From: Candidatus Caldarchaeum sp.
GTDB lineage: Archaea; Thermoproteota; Nitrososphaeria_A; Caldarchaeales; Caldarchaeaceae
Reading direction: 5' to 3'
NCBI GenBank assembly: GCA_038885755.1
Contig: JAVZZH010000002.1
Span: 160,001 to 224,000, forward strand
DNA: 64,000 nucleotides
Shown here: positions 18,134-28,563 of the stretch, piece by piece
Layout of the letters: each line of letters opens with the position of its first letter
How positions within the stretch are numbered: position 1 is the stretch's first letter
Translations under genes and position numbers: made by a program
Notes under the pieces: generated by a model
Databases searched by the model: none
The model's input: the letters and a program-made list of their open reading frames with translations, nothing else
Told to the model about the DNA's origin: nothing

Positions 18134-19492
18134 TTAACTCGTCTGGATTCTAATTTTGTTGATTAGGTAGGTTGTTTTTTCCTCAGCGGCTTCTATGTAC
18201 TGGTTTGTCGGGTCTTGGATGATGGATGGGTCTCTCCCCCGTTGCTTCAGTTGTTGACGGAGCCATTCGAGGCCTTTCTCCGCCGCTTCCGCAGCCAGTC
18301 TGTAGCCGTCCTCTACGCCGTGTTTTCGCAGCGTTAGCTGGATGGCTTCCAGCGATGCCTGCTTGTTTGCTTCTACTTCTTTCCTCATGGCTGCGGCGTC
18401 GACGTACAGCTCTTCAAGGCCTTTGTGTGTGTTTTTTACGCCGAGGAGGCTGAGAGCCAGCGCTGCTCCGTAGAACCTCTTTATTATCGAGTCGGAGAGG
18501 TCTCGGTGGAGTCTCGAGGACAGAAGCCTTGTGGACATGTAGTTTAGCATGGCCGTTGAGAGGTCGAGCGCTCCCTCAGCGTTCTCGAGCGTGAGCGGGT
18601 TTCTTTTCTGCGGCATGGTTGACGAATGTATTTGTTCGACGTGTTTGGAGAAGGCGAGGAGGCCTAGGCTTCCGAGCATCCAGAGGTCTCTGCAGAGGTT
18701 TGAGATTATCGAGCTCGTAAGCGCCACGGTGCCGAGTATCTCGGACATCCTCTCGTGAGGCAGTGTCTGTGTTGGGGCGGGGTTGTGTTCAAGGCCTAGG
18801 CTGTTGATGAATTCCTCCGAAAAACTCGTCCAGTCGACTTCCGGGTATGTGGTCTTCAAGGCTGAGAGGTCTCCGACAGCTCCGCCGAGCTTGGCCTGAG
18901 GTTTGAGGTTCTTGAGCTTTTTTGTCAGGGAGGCGAGCCTGTAGGCGTAGTTGGCCAAGTAGCTTCCGAAGGTTGTTGGAACGGCTGGCTGGCCGTGTGT
19001 TCTGGCGAGGAAGGGCGTCGACTTGTGTGTCTCCGCTAGGGTTGTTAGTTTCTCCACGAGCTTCAGCAGTTCTGGGATGTATGTTTGAGCGATGAAGCTG
19101 CCTACTGCGAGCGAGTATGCGATGTTGTTCACGTCTTCCGATGTTAGGCCGAAGTGTATGAACGGCTTCAACTCGGCAAGCCCAAGCTGTTCAAGCTTTT
19201 TCTCAAGGTATGCAGCAGCTGCCACAACGTCGTGGCCGAGCCTCTTCTCGAGATGCTTGACCTCCGCCGCCTCCTCCAACGATAGCCCCTGTACGTCATG
19301 CTCCAGCCGCTCCAGACCGGACAACACTCCTCTCCAACCCACCGCTTTGAGGAAAGACCGCAGATACCTCACCTCAACATACAGCCTGTTTCTGATGAGG
19401 GCGTATTCGCTGAAGTAGCTGCTGCACTCGCCTACAATCTCCCTGTAGCGTCCGTCTATCGGGGTTAACGCTTCAAGCGGGTCAAAACCCAT
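18134..19492 (-). CDS. purB: Adenylosuccinate lyase
   Basis: LTPIDGRY, HFGLTSED, ARTHGQPAVPTTFG and SSTMPQKRNP; in an operon with purA and guaB. Confidence 0.95.
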   Translation of the reverse strand: MGFDPLEALTPIDGRYREIVGECSSYFSEYALIRNRLYVEVRYLRSFLKAVGWRGVLSGLERLEHDVQGLSLEEAAEVKHLEKRLGHDVVAAAAYLEKKLEQLGLAELKPFIHFGLTSEDVNNIAYSLAVGSFIAQTYIPELLKLVEKLTTLAETHKSTPFLARTHGQPAVPTTFGSYLANYAYRLASLTKKLKNLKPQAKLGGAVGDLSALKTTYPEVDWTSFSEEFINSLGLEHNPAPTQTLPHERMSEILGTVALTSSIISNLCRDLWMLGSLGLLAFSKHVEQIHSSTMPQKRNPLTLENAEGALDLSTAMLNYMSTRLLSSRLHRDLSDSIIKRFYGAALALSLLGVKNTHKGLEELYVDAAAMRKEVEANKQASLEAIQLTLRKHGVEDGYRLAAEAAEKGLEWLRQQLKQRGRDPSIIQDPTNQYIEAAEEKTTYLINKIRIQTS

Positions 19493-19498
19493 CCATCT

Positions 19499-20746
19499 TC
19501 AACCCCTTACTACAACCATGCTGTTTTCCTCGCCAACCGATGCAAGGGATATCTTCACCGAAAGCGTCTTCTCCAGCCAGCCGAGGTATTCTCGGACGGG
19601 AGAAGGAAGCTCCTCCCATCCTTTCCTGACAGCCTCAACCCAGCCGTCTCTACCCACGCTCCAGCCCTTGAACTCGGCGTACACAGGCTCCACCCTGTTT
19701 AGAAGATGCTTGGACTCTGCGAAGCTCTCGCTCTCCACGCCGTCGACCCTGTATCCTACGCAGGCCTTGACCGTTGGAAGACCGTCTAGAACGTCCAGTT
19801 TGGTCACGGCTATTTCGGAGACGTCGTTCAGCATGCATGCATACTTGAGAGCCGGGATGTCGAGCCAGCCGACTCTGCGTGGCCTTCCAGTCGTCGTCCC
19901 GTACTCGCCGCCAGCCTCCCGTATCCACTCTGCCAGCTCGCCAATGATCTCGCTGGGGAACGGGCCTGCGCCAACCCTTGTCGTATAAGCCTTGATCACG
20001 CCTATTATCTTTCCGACTCTTGAGAGCGGGATTCCGGAGCTCACGCAGCCGGCTGCCGCAACCGTGTTCGAAGACGTGACATATGGGTAGGTGCCGTGGT
20101 CGATGTCGAGCAGCACTCCCTGAGCACCCTCAAGCACAACCCTTCCGCCTGAAGCGACGACTTCGTTGAGGTATGTCTCCGCGTCTCCCACGTAAGGCAA
20201 TAGTCTTTCCCGTAGGCGTGCAGCATCAACCTCGACCTCAACTCTATGGAGTTGTTTGAGGAACTGGAGCTTGCGAGCCAGCAGCTCTTCATCCATCACG
20301 TCGCCGGCCCTAACCCCCACCCTCAGCATCTTGTCGGCGTAGGCCGGGCCTATGCCGCGGAGGGTTGTGCCGATGGCTGCGCCTCCCCTGTTTTCCTCCA
20401 AGCGTTTGTCGAGCTCTCTGTGGATGGGTAGGATGATTTGGCACGCCCGGCTGACCAGCGGCTTTGCGGAGTGGCCGAGCTGGTTGAGCAGCTTTGTCTC
20501 CCTCTCGAAGGCGTCTGGGTCGAGGACGCAGCCCGCCGATACGACGGGTTTAGCTCCAGCCAGACATCCTGCGGGAAGCATGTTGAACTTGTATCGCTGT
20601 CCTCCGACCACTACGGTGTGCCCGGCGTTCGCCCCTCCCTGAAACCTGACGACGGCGTCAGCCCCCTTCGATAAAATGTGCGAAACCTTTCCCTTGCCCT
20701 CGTCGCCCCACTGGAGGCCTATGATAATGTCCGCCCTGCCGGTCAT
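19499..20746 (-). CDS. purA: Adenylosuccinate synthetase
   Basis: GLQWGDEGKGK, GGANAGHT, GTTLRGIGPAY, EGAQG and EYGTTTGRPRRVGW. Confidence 0.97.
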   Translation of the reverse strand: MTGRADIIIGLQWGDEGKGKVSHILSKGADAVVRFQGGANAGHTVVVGGQRYKFNMLPAGCLAGAKPVVSAGCVLDPDAFERETKLLNQLGHSAKPLVSRACQIILPIHRELDKRLEENRGGAAIGTTLRGIGPAYADKMLRVGVRAGDVMDEELLARKLQFLKQLHRVEVEVDAARLRERLLPYVGDAETYLNEVVASGGRVVLEGAQGVLLDIDHGTYPYVTSSNTVAAAGCVSSGIPLSRVGKIIGVIKAYTTRVGAGPFPSEIIGELAEWIREAGGEYGTTTGRPRRVGWLDIPALKYACMLNDVSEIAVTKLDVLDGLPTVKACVGYRVDGVESESFAESKHLLNRVEPVYAEFKGWSVGRDGWVEAVRKGWEELPSPVREYLGWLEKTLSVKISLASVGEENSMVVVRG

Positions 20747-22194
20747 ATTGCTTCGACGTCGTGCGGCAGGCTTTCCCTGAGGCCTGCCTCGGTCATGCGG
20801 ATGAAGACGGCGTTGCGTTGAAGCTCCTTGATGCTGTAGGCTCCTAGATAGCTTAGGCCTGACCTGAGGCCTGCGACGAGCTGGCGTATGACGTCTGAGG
20901 CGGACCCTTTGTAGGGAACGTAGGCTTCCACGCCTTCCGCCATGAAGCTGTAATCTGACGCGTCTTGAAGTATGTCGTCCTCTCCAGCACGGCTGTCTTT
21001 CGCAAGCATGGCGTAGAAAGAAGCCATCCCACGGTAAATCTTCATCTTCCGGCCGTTTCTGACAACCACCGCTCCCGGGCTCTCGTCCGTTCCAGCCAAC
21101 AACCTCCCAATCATCACCGTAGAAGCCCCTGCAGCCAAAGCCTTCACCACGTCGGCGCTAGACCTAATTCCTCCGTCCGCTATCACGGGAACACCCATGG
21201 CTTCAGCGGCCTCGGCACAGTCCATCACAGCCGTGAGCTGCGGAACGCCGACCCCTGCGACGATGCGTGTAGTGCAGACCGAGCCGGGCCCGACCCCGAC
21301 TTTCACCGCTGAAGCCCCTGCAGCCGCCAAGTCCTCAACTCCTTCAGCCGTGGCGACGTTGCCCGCAACCACCTCAACGTCACCGCCTAAGGACTGGTGG
21401 ATTTTTCGGAGAGTTCGTATGACCATCTCGGTGTGGCCGTGGGCCACGTCTATAACCAGAACATCGGCTCCAGCCGCCGTGAGCGCTTCAGCCCTGTCCA
21501 CAGCATCCTCCTTCACTCCGACGGCCGCGGCGACCATCAACCTTCCCTTCGAATCCCTTGACGCATGCGGGTACATCAGCTTCTTCACGATGTCGGCGCT
21601 CGTCACGAGGCCTTTGACATGGTTTTCGGAATCGACCAGTGGAAGCTTCTCAACCTTATGCCTCATGAAGATCTGCTTGGCTTCTTCGAGCGTTATGTCC
21701 GGCCTAGCTGTTACGACTCTGTCGGCGGGCGTCATGCATTCAGCCACCTTTGCTTCCCTAGGCCTGAACAGGAGGTCTCGCCTCGTCAGCATTCCAAGAA
21801 GCTTCCTCGACTGGTTGACGACTATCAAGCCGCTGACGTTCCTGAGCCTCATCAGCTCCTCGGCCTCGGCGACGGTTGCTTCAGGCCCTATCGTGTAGGG
21901 CTCTTCTATGGCTATGTTCTCGGCACGCTTGACGGCTTTGACCAGCTGAACCTGCTGCTCCACCGTGTTGAACCGGTGTAATACGCCTATCCCGCCCTCA
22001 CGAGCCATCGCAATAGCCATCTCAGCCTCCGTCACCGTGTCCATCGCAGCCGAAACAACAGGAATCTCGAGCTCGATCCTCTTCGTGAAAAACGTCCTCG
22101 TAGAAACCTCTCTGCGGGAGCGTATCGCAGACCTTTTAGGGACGAGCAGAACATCGTCGAAGGTCAAACCCACACGGTCCAATACCTTGGGCAA
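20743..22194 (-). CDS. guaB: IMP dehydrogenase with CBS pair
   Basis: [37 protein letters not shown] and YRGMAS. Confidence 0.97.
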   Translation of the reverse strand: MPKVLDRVGLTFDDVLLVPKRSAIRSRREVSTRTFFTKRIELEIPVVSAAMDTVTEAEMAIAMAREGGIGVLHRFNTVEQQVQLVKAVKRAENIAIEEPYTIGPEATVAEAEELMRLRNVSGLIVVNQSRKLLGMLTRRDLLFRPREAKVAECMTPADRVVTARPDITLEEAKQIFMRHKVEKLPLVDSENHVKGLVTSADIVKKLMYPHASRDSKGRLMVAAAVGVKEDAVDRAEALTAAGADVLVIDVAHGHTEMVIRTLRKIHQSLGGDVEVVAGNVATAEGVEDLAAAGASAVKVGVGPGSVCTTRIVAGVGVPQLTAVMDCAEAAEAMGVPVIADGGIRSSADVVKALAAGASTVMIGRLLAGTDESPGAVVVRNGRKMKIYRGMASFYAMLAKDSRAGEDDILQDASDYSFMAEGVEAYVPYKGSASDVIRQLVAGLRSGLSYLGAYSIKELQRNAVFIRMTEAGLRESLPHDVEAI

Positions 22195-22311
22195 AAAATC
22201 CCAATTGGTAATGAAGATTATTATTTCTTATTAAACATTTCGAGACAGGCTTGCGGCATGATAAAACTTAAAGCCCGAGCGCCGTCTTTATATTGCTGGG
22301 GTTAGCCGAGA

Positions 22312-22440
22312 ATGTCTAAGGGGCCTTTCAAGTGTCCCTACTGCGATTCCGTCTTCAAGACCGAGGCGGAGCTTTCCAAGCACATAGACCGGATACACAT
22401 AGGGAGCGGCTTGCTGGAAGGCGACAGGACGAAGTGGTGA
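22312..22440 (+). CDS. Small C2H2 zinc-finger protein (42 aa, below the ORF-track cutoff)
   Basis: MSKGPFKCPYCDSVFKTEAELSKHIDRIHIGSGLLEGDRTKW* has F-x-C-x2-C-x3-F-x5-L-x2-H-x4-H spacing; TTTATA at 22287-22292. Confidence 0.85.
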   Translation: MSKGPFKCPYCDSVFKTEAELSKHIDRIHIGSGLLEGDRTKW

Positions 22441-22444
22441 TCGG

Positions 22445-23791
22445 ATGGAGAGGTACGTCGAGCTCTTCGATTACATCGAGAGGAATAAGTCTAAGTATCT
22501 TGACTGGGCCGCTCAGCTGATAAGCCATCCAAGCGTCTCAGCCCACCGGAGCGGGTTGAAGGAATGCGCTGAAGCCGTCGCCGGGCTCATGGATGATGCA
22601 GGGCTGAGGCCAAGCGTTCACGAGCTTGAGAACAGCGGCCCCGTCGTTCTCGGCACCCTGAACTCCGAAGCCCATGCAACGCTGCTTCTCTATAACCACT
22701 ACGACGTCCAGCCGGCCGACCCTGTTGAAAAATGGACTACTCCACCTTTCTCCCCAACAGTCAGGAACGGTAAGCTGTACGGCCGCGGGTCCGCAGACAA
22801 CAAGGGAAACATAGCTGCGAGGCTTGCGGCCGTCGACGCCTTGCTCGGCGTCTTGGGAGAAGTGCCCGTGAACCTGAAGATGCTTGTGGAGGGCGGTGAG
22901 GAGGTGGGGAGCCCGGGTCTCGAGGACTTTGTCGCTAGGGAGAGGGACAGGCTGTTCGCCGACGGCTGCGTCTGGGAGTACGGCTACAGGAACAAGAGAG
23001 GAGCTCCCGTCGTCTACTTAGGGGTGAAGGGTATGCTGTACGTCGAGCTGGAGGCTGCGGGAAGCGGTAAAGAGGTTCACTCGTCGTGGGGAGCTGTGGT
23101 GGAAAACCCTGCATGGAGGCTCGTCCAAGCACTAAACACGGTCAGGGCGCCCGACGGCACGGTGCTCATCGAAGGCTTCTACCAAGACGTCGACTACAGC
23201 GGCGAGGAGCTGCTAAACAACCTCAGCCTAGAAGACTTCGACCCACCCAGCAGCCTCCTCCAGCGGAAGGAGGGAAAGCTCTTGAAAACACTCCTCCTAG
23301 AGCCTACGGTCAACATAAACGGGCTGTCGTCAGGCTATCAGGGCCCTGGAAGCAAGACTATAATCCCCGCCACGGCGTCTGCGAAGCTCGACTTCAGGCT
23401 CGTTCCCAGGCAGGACCCGGTTGTGGTCAGCCGACGTCTCGTTGAACACTTGCGCAGGAACGGCTATGGAGACCTGAGGATAAAGGTGCTGCAGTCGTAT
23501 CCAGCGGCTAGGACAAGCCCCGACAGCTTCATGGCTAGGCTCGTCGCAGACACGGCCCGTGATGCTTACGGCGTCGATCCCGTTGTGATACCTTCAGGCG
23601 CTGCGTCGGGCCCGATGTACGTCGTGACAGACGTCTTGGGCATACCTTGCGTGTCGACGGGAGTAGGGTACCACGGCTCGTCTGTCCACGGCCCCGACGA
23701 AAACATCCGAGTCGACGACTTTGTCGCAGGCGTCAAGCACATGGCGCTAGTGATGCTCAGCTTCCACCGCTACCTGCATCTAAGCGAGTAG
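22445..23791 (+). CDS. M20 family metallopeptidase (dipeptidase/ArgE-DapE-like)
   Basis: YNHYDVQP, GRGSADNKG, EGGEEVGS and HGPDENI. Confidence 0.92.
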   Translation: MERYVELFDYIERNKSKYLDWAAQLISHPSVSAHRSGLKECAEAVAGLMDDAGLRPSVHELENSGPVVLGTLNSEAHATLLLYNHYDVQPADPVEKWTTPPFSPTVRNGKLYGRGSADNKGNIAARLAAVDALLGVLGEVPVNLKMLVEGGEEVGSPGLEDFVARERDRLFADGCVWEYGYRNKRGAPVVYLGVKGMLYVELEAAGSGKEVHSSWGAVVENPAWRLVQALNTVRAPDGTVLIEGFYQDVDYSGEELLNNLSLEDFDPPSSLLQRKEGKLLKTLLLEPTVNINGLSSGYQGPGSKTIIPATASAKLDFRLVPRQDPVVVSRRLVEHLRRNGYGDLRIKVLQSYPAARTSPDSFMARLVADTARDAYGVDPVVIPSGAASGPMYVVTDVLGIPCVSTGVGYHGSSVHGPDENIRVDDFVAGVKHMALVMLSFHRYLHLSE

Positions 23792-24898
23792 AAGCTCCAC
23801 AGCCCTTCTGTAAACCTGAGCGGCTTTGACGAGCTCCGAAACAGACACCTTCTCCCCGAAGGTGTGGGCCAGCGAAAGAGGGCCGGGCCCGAGGATTACT
23901 CCCTCAACCTTCCTAACCCGAGCCATTCTGTTCAAGTCGGCCACCGCTCTGAACCCCGTCAAAACCGGCTTGAACCCAGCCTCCCTCACGGCCTTCTTAC
24001 AGGCTTCGACCACACGGCTCCGTTCGTCAACCACATACTCGGGGATGAAAGCCGTCAAGCTGGCTCGGGAGGGGTTCAGCCGTTTCTTGAAAAACTCCAG
24101 AACCCGGTCAGGCCGTTGCCCGACAGTCCTGACGTCTATTGTTATTTTCGCGGTTTCGGGTATCACGTTGGGCTTCAGCCCGCCCATGAACATGGTAGCC
24201 GCAGCCGTCGCCCTGCCGACATAACGGCGCACCGGCCCGAAGCCTTTCTCCATCTCAGCGACCTTCAACACAGCCCTCGCTGCTCTATCAACCGCGTTGA
24301 CTCCTTTCTCGGGCAGGGCTGCATGAGAGGGCTTGCCGTGGAACTCGGCGGTTATCTCGACTCTTCCGCGGCTTGCCACGCATATCTCCATGGACGTCGG
24401 CTCCCCGACGACGACGTAGTCGACTTTCTCCAGCTCTTTCATCGTCGACAGGGTTCCGAGGCCGCCGACCTCCTCATCGGCCACAGCCATCAAAACAACA
24501 CGACCCGACAGCCGCTCAGACCTCGTCAGAGAAGCCAAGGCGGCGAGCATCGAGGCCAAGCACCCCTTCGCGTCAACCGAGCCCCTGCCGCAGAGAAAAC
24601 CATCCCTCACACCCGTCTCGAAAGGATGGAAAGGCCATCTCTCCGGAGAGCCTGCTGGAACCGTGTCGAGATGGGAGTTGAGGACGACGGTTGGGCCGTC
24701 GCCCCAGTCTGCTTCCACGACAGCAGAAGCTCTGGAGGATGAATGGACCACCAGCCGGGCCTTCAGACCCTGCTCCGCAGCCCTCTCAGCGAAAAAGCTG
24801 GCCGCCTCCCTCTCCCTCCCCGGAGGGTTCTCCGTGTTAATCGCCACTAGCTTGGCTCCAAGGCCTTCGATAAAGCCTCTGCACCAAGACTCGGCCAC
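23780..24898 (-). CDS. M20 family deacylase (ArgE/DapE/LysK-like)
   Basis: NSHLDTVP, GRGSVDAKG, DEEVGG, VGEPT and AHTFGE; GTG 24898 chosen because the upstream part of the ORF overlaps the Zn-ribbon gene. Confidence 0.88.
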   Translation of the reverse strand: MAESWCRGFIEGLGAKLVAINTENPPGREREAASFFAERAAEQGLKARLVVHSSSRASAVVEADWGDGPTVVLNSHLDTVPAGSPERWPFHPFETGVRDGFLCGRGSVDAKGCLASMLAALASLTRSERLSGRVVLMAVADEEVGGLGTLSTMKELEKVDYVVVGEPTSMEICVASRGRVEITAEFHGKPSHAALPEKGVNAVDRAARAVLKVAEMEKGFGPVRRYVGRATAAATMFMGGLKPNVIPETAKITIDVRTVGQRPDRVLEFFKKRLNPSRASLTAFIPEYVVDERSRVVEACKKAVREAGFKPVLTGFRAVADLNRMARVRKVEGVILGPGPLSLAHTFGEKVSVSELVKAAQVYRRAVELLLA

Positions 24899-24924
24899 AA
24901 ACACCGCGGCTGCAGGGGCTGTAA

Positions 24925-25131
24925 TTAAACCTCTATCCTGACGTATCTGCTCGTGGCTGTCGGCTTCTTCTTCCTCGGGCTGTTCCTGAGGAGGATGCCG
25001 CAGTAGGGGCATCGGACTCCGTCGGTAAGGTGGTAGACCCTGCAGCGGGAGCAGTACTTGTAGCCGTTGGCGTAGCTTCTGCGAGCCGAAGTCTTCTGAA
25101 CGACGAGGGTTTTCTGCACCATTTTCACCAT
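24925..25131 (-). CDS. Small basic Zn-ribbon protein
   Basis: CSRC-x10-CPYC followed by the basic tail LRNSPRKKK. Confidence 0.75.
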   Translation of the reverse strand: MVKMVQKTLVVQKTSARRSYANGYKYCSRCRVYHLTDGVRCPYCGILLRNSPRKKKPTATSRYVRIEV

Positions 25132-25235
25132 TTTCCAACCTCCAGTTTTACATTTAATAGTTCCGTAAGTTGTTTATATATATTAAAGCTTGGACTTGGA
25201 ATCATATATAAATTTTAGACAGTATTTGATAAACC

Positions 25236-26276
25236 ATGCCCTACGCAAGAAGAGTACAGCGAGTAGGGTCCGGAACCCTAACAGTCTCACTCCCCCGACG
25301 ATGGGTGGAGAAGACCGGCCTGAAGCCGGGCGACGTAGTCTCGATAGTCGAGCTCTCCGACAGCGTGCTCAAGCTGGAGACCAAGCCGACGAGGACGCCT
25401 CAACACACAGTCTTCACGCTTGACGTCAGCAAGATAAAGGACAGCAAGCTTCTCAGCAGGCTTTTGATAGGAGCCTATCTCCAAGGCTTCGAGGAGATGA
25501 ACATCATAGGAGGAGACGGTATATCGGAGGAGATGCAGGCAGCGGTTTCGTCAACCGTAGACCTCCTGCCGGGCGTCGAGATAGTGGAGCAGTCGTTCAG
25601 GAAGATAGTAATCCAGTCGTTCCTAGACCCGAGCAAATTCCCAGTATCCGGCATAATCAAACGGATGCAGGTGATGCTCACGATAGGGATCAACAACTTG
25701 GCCGAGGCTTTGAAGGAGGGACGGCCGGAGGTTCTGGCGGAGGTGGAGAAGATGGAGACCAAGGTCGACGAGCTCTACTTCCTCTGCATCAGGCAGATAT
25801 TCTTCAGCGTGAAGAGAGAGGTTTGGGGGGAGGAGGCTTCAGACCCCTACATAGGCGCGATAGGCGACAGGCTTGTCGTAAGGGCTTTGGAGGAGATAGC
25901 GGACTCGTTGAAGCTGGCTGCTGACGAGGTGAACACCCTCATCGCTAAGGAGCTTCCGAAATCAGGCGTCAACAAGCTTGTCAAGCTCCTCGAATCGATC
26001 CAAGTCGTTTTCGGCAAAACCATGAAAGCCTTCCTCTCACTCGACATCCAGCTCGCCAACGAGATAATCGAGATAACTACGCAGGAGTATGGTGAGGAGA
26101 TGTCGTTGAACGAAGTGTTCCCGCAGAACATCCACAACGTCGACCAGATGATAAGCCTGAGGAACTTTGTCTACAACGTAGTAAACATCGCCAGGAACTG
26201 TAAGATAATCGCCGAGGTCACGCTCAACAGGTTTGTCAGAACGCCTTCAAAGCTGATAACGATGGAGAAGGTTTAG
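25236..26276 (+). CDS. phoU: Phosphate uptake regulator, AbrB-PhoU-PhoU architecture
   Basis: RRVQRVGSGTLTVSLPRRW (AbrB), LIGAYLQG, ETKVDELY and RALEEIAD. Confidence 0.85.
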   Translation: MPYARRVQRVGSGTLTVSLPRRWVEKTGLKPGDVVSIVELSDSVLKLETKPTRTPQHTVFTLDVSKIKDSKLLSRLLIGAYLQGFEEMNIIGGDGISEEMQAAVSSTVDLLPGVEIVEQSFRKIVIQSFLDPSKFPVSGIIKRMQVMLTIGINNLAEALKEGRPEVLAEVEKMETKVDELYFLCIRQIFFSVKREVWGEEASDPYIGAIGDRLVVRALEEIADSLKLAADEVNTLIAKELPKSGVNKLVKLLESIQVVFGKTMKAFLSLDIQLANEIIEITTQEYGEEMSLNEVFPQNIHNVDQMISLRNFVYNVVNIARNCKIIAEVTLNRFVRTPSKLITMEKV

Positions 26277-27362
26277 CGCTACTGCTAGGGCCACGGCTGC
26301 CGCGAGGGCTTGAAGCGTGATGGACATCCCGTAAGCGTCCAGCAAGAACCCGGCCAGAGGCGGGCCTACTATGAACGAGACTCCTATGAAGGTTTCGAAA
26401 ACCCCGATGAGGAAGATGCTTCGGGGCCCGCCTCTCTTTGAAACGGCTTGAAGCGTCGCGATGTAGGATACTGAGACCGACAGCCCTAGGAAGACCAGAA
26501 AGAGCAGGTAGGCTGTGAAGCTGGCCGGGTGGATAGATGCGAGCAGGCATGAAACGCCTAGGATGACGCTCGACCCGATGAGAAGCTGCTTTGCGATTCC
26601 TGACCCGGCCTTACTCAAGAAGTAGGAGATGGACATCCTCGAAAGCATGTGGAAGAAAAACAGGACGCCTACTTCGAACTCTGTAAACCCGTTCAGCACG
26701 AGAAACCCCGGCAGCACCGAGTAAGCTGAGGAGAGCACGAAGTAGTAGGGTATGGCGAGCACTATGGGTTTTGCGAGAGTCTTGAGGCTGATGTTCTTCT
26801 CCTCCTCGAACGTGTTGTTGGCTATTTTCAACCTTGTGAAGACTAGGCTTGCCATGATTGAGACGACGACCATGGATGCGAACAAGAGCTTCAACCCAGC
26901 CAAGAACGCTACTATGCCGGCTAGGAGGCTGCCCAGAAGAAAACCGCCGGTGATTGCTGAAACAAAGACGCTGAAGGCCCTGAACCTGTGTGTTTTCTCG
27001 TACGAGGTTGCGATTATCGACTCGCCGCATGGGAAAAAGAAGAACATCGCCGCTCCCATGACGAGCTGTGCAGCCATAACCATCAGAAGGTTGTCGGCCA
27101 GCCACATGAGCGTGTGTGATACAGCCAACAGCACGGCTGAAAGCGGCAGGGGCTTGTTCCAGTTAATCCTCAAAATTATCACAGCGGTCATGGGTGAGAG
27201 GAAAACGTAGACGATGTTCCTAGCGAAGCCTGTTAGAAGACCTGTGTCTGTGTAGGAAGCCTGCAGCATTACAGCTTGGACGGGCGACATCTGCATCATG
27301 GCGGAGATCGAGGCGCCTGTCAGCAGCGTCCCAGCCAGAAGCACTTTTAGGTTCCGGTCCAC
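26247..27362 (-). CDS. MFS transporter
   Basis: About 12 hydrophobic segments, GFLLGSLLAG and VGPPLAGFLLD. Confidence 0.85.
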   Translation of the reverse strand: MDRNLKVLLAGTLLTGASISAMMQMSPVQAVMLQASYTDTGLLTGFARNIVYVFLSPMTAVIILRINWNKPLPLSAVLLAVSHTLMWLADNLLMVMAAQLVMGAAMFFFFPCGESIIATSYEKTHRFRAFSVFVSAITGGFLLGSLLAGIVAFLAGLKLLFASMVVVSIMASLVFTRLKIANNTFEEEKNISLKTLAKPIVLAIPYYFVLSSAYSVLPGFLVLNGFTEFEVGVLFFFHMLSRMSISYFLSKAGSGIAKQLLIGSSVILGVSCLLASIHPASFTAYLLFLVFLGLSVSVSYIATLQAVSKRGGPRSIFLIGVFETFIGVSFIVGPPLAGFLLDAYGMSITLQALAAAVALAVALNLLHRYQL

Positions 27363-28484
27363 CTACTCCACCAGCTGCATGTGCTGCATGGCCTTACATC
27401 CAAAGCCTGTGACGATTACCAAGACTTTCTCACCCGAGTAAAGTAGTTCGTCAATCCTGTTGCGTATGGCTGCGTAAGCGACTGCTGCTGAAGGCTCTGC
27501 GTAGACTCCCGACAGCCCCAGCTGCTTCAAAGCCTTCCGTATGTCTTCGTCCGACACGACGTCGACGTCGCCGCCCACGGCCTTGAGCTCTTCAACCATC
27601 TGGCGGAGCCTCGGAGGGTTTTCGAGCGTCAACGCATCGGCTATGGATGGTTTTTCACCCCGTTTGCCTAGCTTTACTCCCTTGAACGCTTCGTAGAGAG
27701 GTGGGCGGTAGGTTGTCTGGACAGCGGTCAGCTTAGGTATTCTGTCGATCAGGCCTGCTTCCAGCAGGTCCCTAAAACCCTTAACCAACCCCAGCAGCAG
27801 GGTTCCAGCAGACACGGGAAGATAAACCCTGTCAGGCAGATCCCATCTAGACTGTTCAGCTATCTCGTAGGCAACGGTCTTCATCCCCTCTATGAAGTAA
27901 GGGCTCCAAGCATGGCCGACGTAGACAAGCCCGCGCTCGACGGCATCCCTCTGAGCAGCCTCAGACACATCCTCCCTAGAGCCCTTGACGACGAAAAGCT
28001 CCGCGCCGTAAGCCCTTACTTGAAGAGCCTTCTCAACGGCTATGTTTTCGCCGCAGTAAACCCTGCAGACGAGTCCTGCGGCTGCGGAGTAGGCCGCTAT
28101 CGATGCTCCTGCGTTGCCTGAAGAGTCTTCACAGACTCCTTTAACGTCTTTGACGAGGTTTCTGAGGCTTGTGAAAAGCGCCGCCGAGCCTCTGTCTTTG
28201 AAAGACCCTGTGGGGGCTTTATACTCGAGCTTCATGAGGATGTTGGGTGAGATGGTCCGGCACACGGGGGTGAGGCCCTCGCCCAGAGTTAGGATGCTGG
28301 ACCTCATGCTGGGCGGCAGCATTTCCCGGTATCGCCACATGCTGTGGATGGTTTTCCTTATCTTGGACGGCTTGAACTCTGTCTCGTGGACGAGTTCTCC
28401 AGGTCCTCCGCAGCTGGGGCATCGCCATTCGACGAAGGGCTGCAGAAGCCTTCCGCAGAAGTAGCAGACTACCTCCTCCCTCAA
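27363..28484 (-). CDS. thrC: Threonine synthase-like PLP enzyme
   Basis: N-terminal CxxC/CxxC, LGEGLTP, PTGSFKDRG, DSSGNAGAS, EGMKTVAYE and EPSAA. Confidence 0.85.
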   Translation of the reverse strand: MREEVVCYFCGRLLQPFVEWRCPSCGGPGELVHETEFKPSKIRKTIHSMWRYREMLPPSMRSSILTLGEGLTPVCRTISPNILMKLEYKAPTGSFKDRGSAALFTSLRNLVKDVKGVCEDSSGNAGASIAAYSAAAGLVCRVYCGENIAVEKALQVRAYGAELFVVKGSREDVSEAAQRDAVERGLVYVGHAWSPYFIEGMKTVAYEIAEQSRWDLPDRVYLPVSAGTLLLGLVKGFRDLLEAGLIDRIPKLTAVQTTYRPPLYEAFKGVKLGKRGEKPSIADALTLENPPRLRQMVEELKAVGGDVDVVSDEDIRKALKQLGLSGVYAEPSAAVAYAAIRNRIDELLYSGEKVLVIVTGFGCKAMQHMQLVE

Positions 28485-28563
28485 CGAAGCTCCACAACAA
28501 CTGTCAACAGCTATTATTTTCCCTTTCTACCTGATACAACAACCAAACATATTAAATCGAGGG

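Noticed and set aside
23780-25138. 452-aa version of the M20 gene
   Set aside because: The extra 80 aa are an alternative-frame read of the Zn-ribbon gene.
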